16,051 nt of DNA, from IMG/VR virus record IMGVR_UViG_2698536480_000003. One strand, given 5' to 3'. A program made the position numbers and the translations under genes. Positions 14,771-16,051 of this stretch are shown here, piece by piece. Each line of letters starts with the position of its first letter. Positions within the stretch are counted from its first letter, which is position 1. This stretch comes from a virus (lineage: Duplodnaviria; Heunggongvirae; Uroviricota; Caudoviricetes). A model generated the notes under the pieces. The model saw nothing but the letters and a program-made list of their open reading frames with translations, did not search any database and was not told where the DNA came from.

Positions 14771-16051
14771 ATGAAATATCCGACAGGCGTGGAAAACCAT
14801 GGAGGGAAATTACGTATCTGGTTTGTTTATAAAGACGTAAGAGTCAGGGAAAATCTGGGGGTTCCTGACACAGCAAAAAACAGGCGCGTTGCAGGTGAAC
14901 TACGCTCCTCTGTTTGTTACGCAATAAAAACTGGTGTTTTCGACTATGCAAAACAGTTTCCCTCCTCACGCAATCTGGAAAAATTTGGTGAGGCCCGACA
15001 AGATTTAACCATAAAAGAACTGGCTGAAAAATTTCTGGCACTGAAAGAAACTGAAGTCGCCAAAACATCACTCAACACATACCGTGCCGTCATCAAAAAT
15101 ATCCTGAGCATAATCGGTGAAAAAAATCTTGCCTCATCGATTAATAAAGAAAAATTACTGGAGGTTCGTAAAGAGTTACTGACTGGATACCAGATCCCCA
15201 AAAGTAACTATATTGTTACACAACCAGGGAGATCGGCTGTAACTGTAAATAATTACATGACAAATCTTAACGCCGTGTTCCAGTTTGGTGTTGATAACGG
15301 TTACCTGGCAGATAATCCGTTTAAGGGGATCTCGCCATTAAAGGAATCAAGAACCATTCCGGATCCTCTTTCGCGGGAAGAATTTATCCGTCTTATCGAT
15401 GCGTGCAGAAATCAGCAAGCAAAAAATTTATGGTGTGTTTCTGTTTATACTGGAGTTCGCCCTGGTGAGCTGTGTGCACTTGGATGGGAGGACATAGATC
15501 TGAAAAATGGAACAATGATGATCAGGAGAAATTTAGCAAAAAACCGTTTCACGGTACCAAAAACACAGGCGGGAACCAATCGGGTCATTCATCTTATTAA
15601 GCCAGCAATCGACGCTCTCCGGAGTCAGATGACATTAACGAGACTGAGCAAAGAGCATATCATTGATGTTCACCTCAGAGAGTATGGCAGAACAGAAAAA
15701 CAAAAATGCACCTTTGTTTTTCAACCTGAAGTGTCAGCGAGAGTAAAAAATTATGGTGACCATTTTACCGTTGACTCAATAAGGCAGATGTGGGACGCAG
15801 CGATAAAACGTGCCGGACTCCGCCATCGAAAATCATATCAGTCGAGACATACTTATGCCTGCTGGTCGCTGACAGCTGGTGCTAACCCGGCATTTATAGC
15901 AAACCAGATGGGCCATGCAGATGCGCAAATGGTATTTCAGGTATACGGAAAATGGATGTCTGAAAACAATAATGCACAGGTAGCTTTGTTAAATACACAG
16001 TTAAGCGAGTTTGCCCCAACCATGCCCCATAACGAAGCAATGAAAAATTAA
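14771..16051 (+). CDS. int: Tyrosine recombinase / phage integrase with N-terminal arm-binding domain, 426 aa (431 aa if started at ATG 14756)
   Basis: MKYPTGVENHGGKLRIWFVYKDVRVRENLG (arm-type N-terminus like Rac-type integrases), and a C-terminal catalytic region ...HRKSYQSRHTYACWSLTAGANPAFIANQMGHADAQMVFQVYGKW. The stop codon is the last three bases of the window. Confidence 0.85.
   Translation: MKYPTGVENHGGKLRIWFVYKDVRVRENLGVPDTAKNRRVAGELRSSVCYAIKTGVFDYAKQFPSSRNLEKFGEARQDLTIKELAEKFLALKETEVAKTSLNTYRAVIKNILSIIGEKNLASSINKEKLLEVRKELLTGYQIPKSNYIVTQPGRSAVTVNNYMTNLNAVFQFGVDNGYLADNPFKGISPLKESRTIPDPLSREEFIRLIDACRNQQAKNLWCVSVYTGVRPGELCALGWEDIDLKNGTMMIRRNLAKNRFTVPKTQAGTNRVIHLIKPAIDALRSQMTLTRLSKEHIIDVHLREYGRTEKQKCTFVFQPEVSARVKNYGDHFTVDSIRQMWDAAIKRAGLRHRKSYQSRHTYACWSLTAGANPAFIANQMGHADAQMVFQVYGKWMSENNNAQVALLNTQLSEFAPTMPHNEAMKN

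Noticed and set aside
14844-15201. Minus-strand ORFs 14844..15071 and 14944..15201 inside the integrase gene
   Set aside because: Antisense to a full-length integrase.

Overview
This window looks like most of a defective lambdoid (Qin-like) prophage from an Escherichia-type genome, lying in reverse orientation so that the late operon reads on the minus strand. All family assignments are from reading the translations and from memory; no search was run. From start to end: the 5' end of a lambda Nu1-like small terminase gene and a lambda-like cos site (1-540); a ynfO/ydfO cargo pair; gnsB, ynfN and cspI; a phage-21-type lysis cassette (spanin Rz with embedded Rz1, SAR endolysin, DUF1327 protein, pinholin); ynfU, cspB and cspF; a PR'-like late promoter plus terminator directly downstream of the Q antiterminator gene quuQ; ydfU (DUF968), rem, hokD, relE, relB and flxA with a sigma-28 promoter. 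Beyond flxA the usual immunity/replication region is absent. In its place are a DDE-transposase insertion sequence, a minus-strand set of small or decayed accessory genes (including a small methyltransferase and another ORF each broken by one in-frame stop codon), an excisionase-like remnant and an intact tyrosine integrase that ends exactly at the window edge. No tRNA, rRNA or CRISPR array was seen. I did not find an obvious large novel system; the best candidates for undescribed biology are the accessory operon at 12.6-14.5 kb, the ynfO/ydfO pair beside cos, and the 92-aa Cys/His ORF coupled to ydfU.
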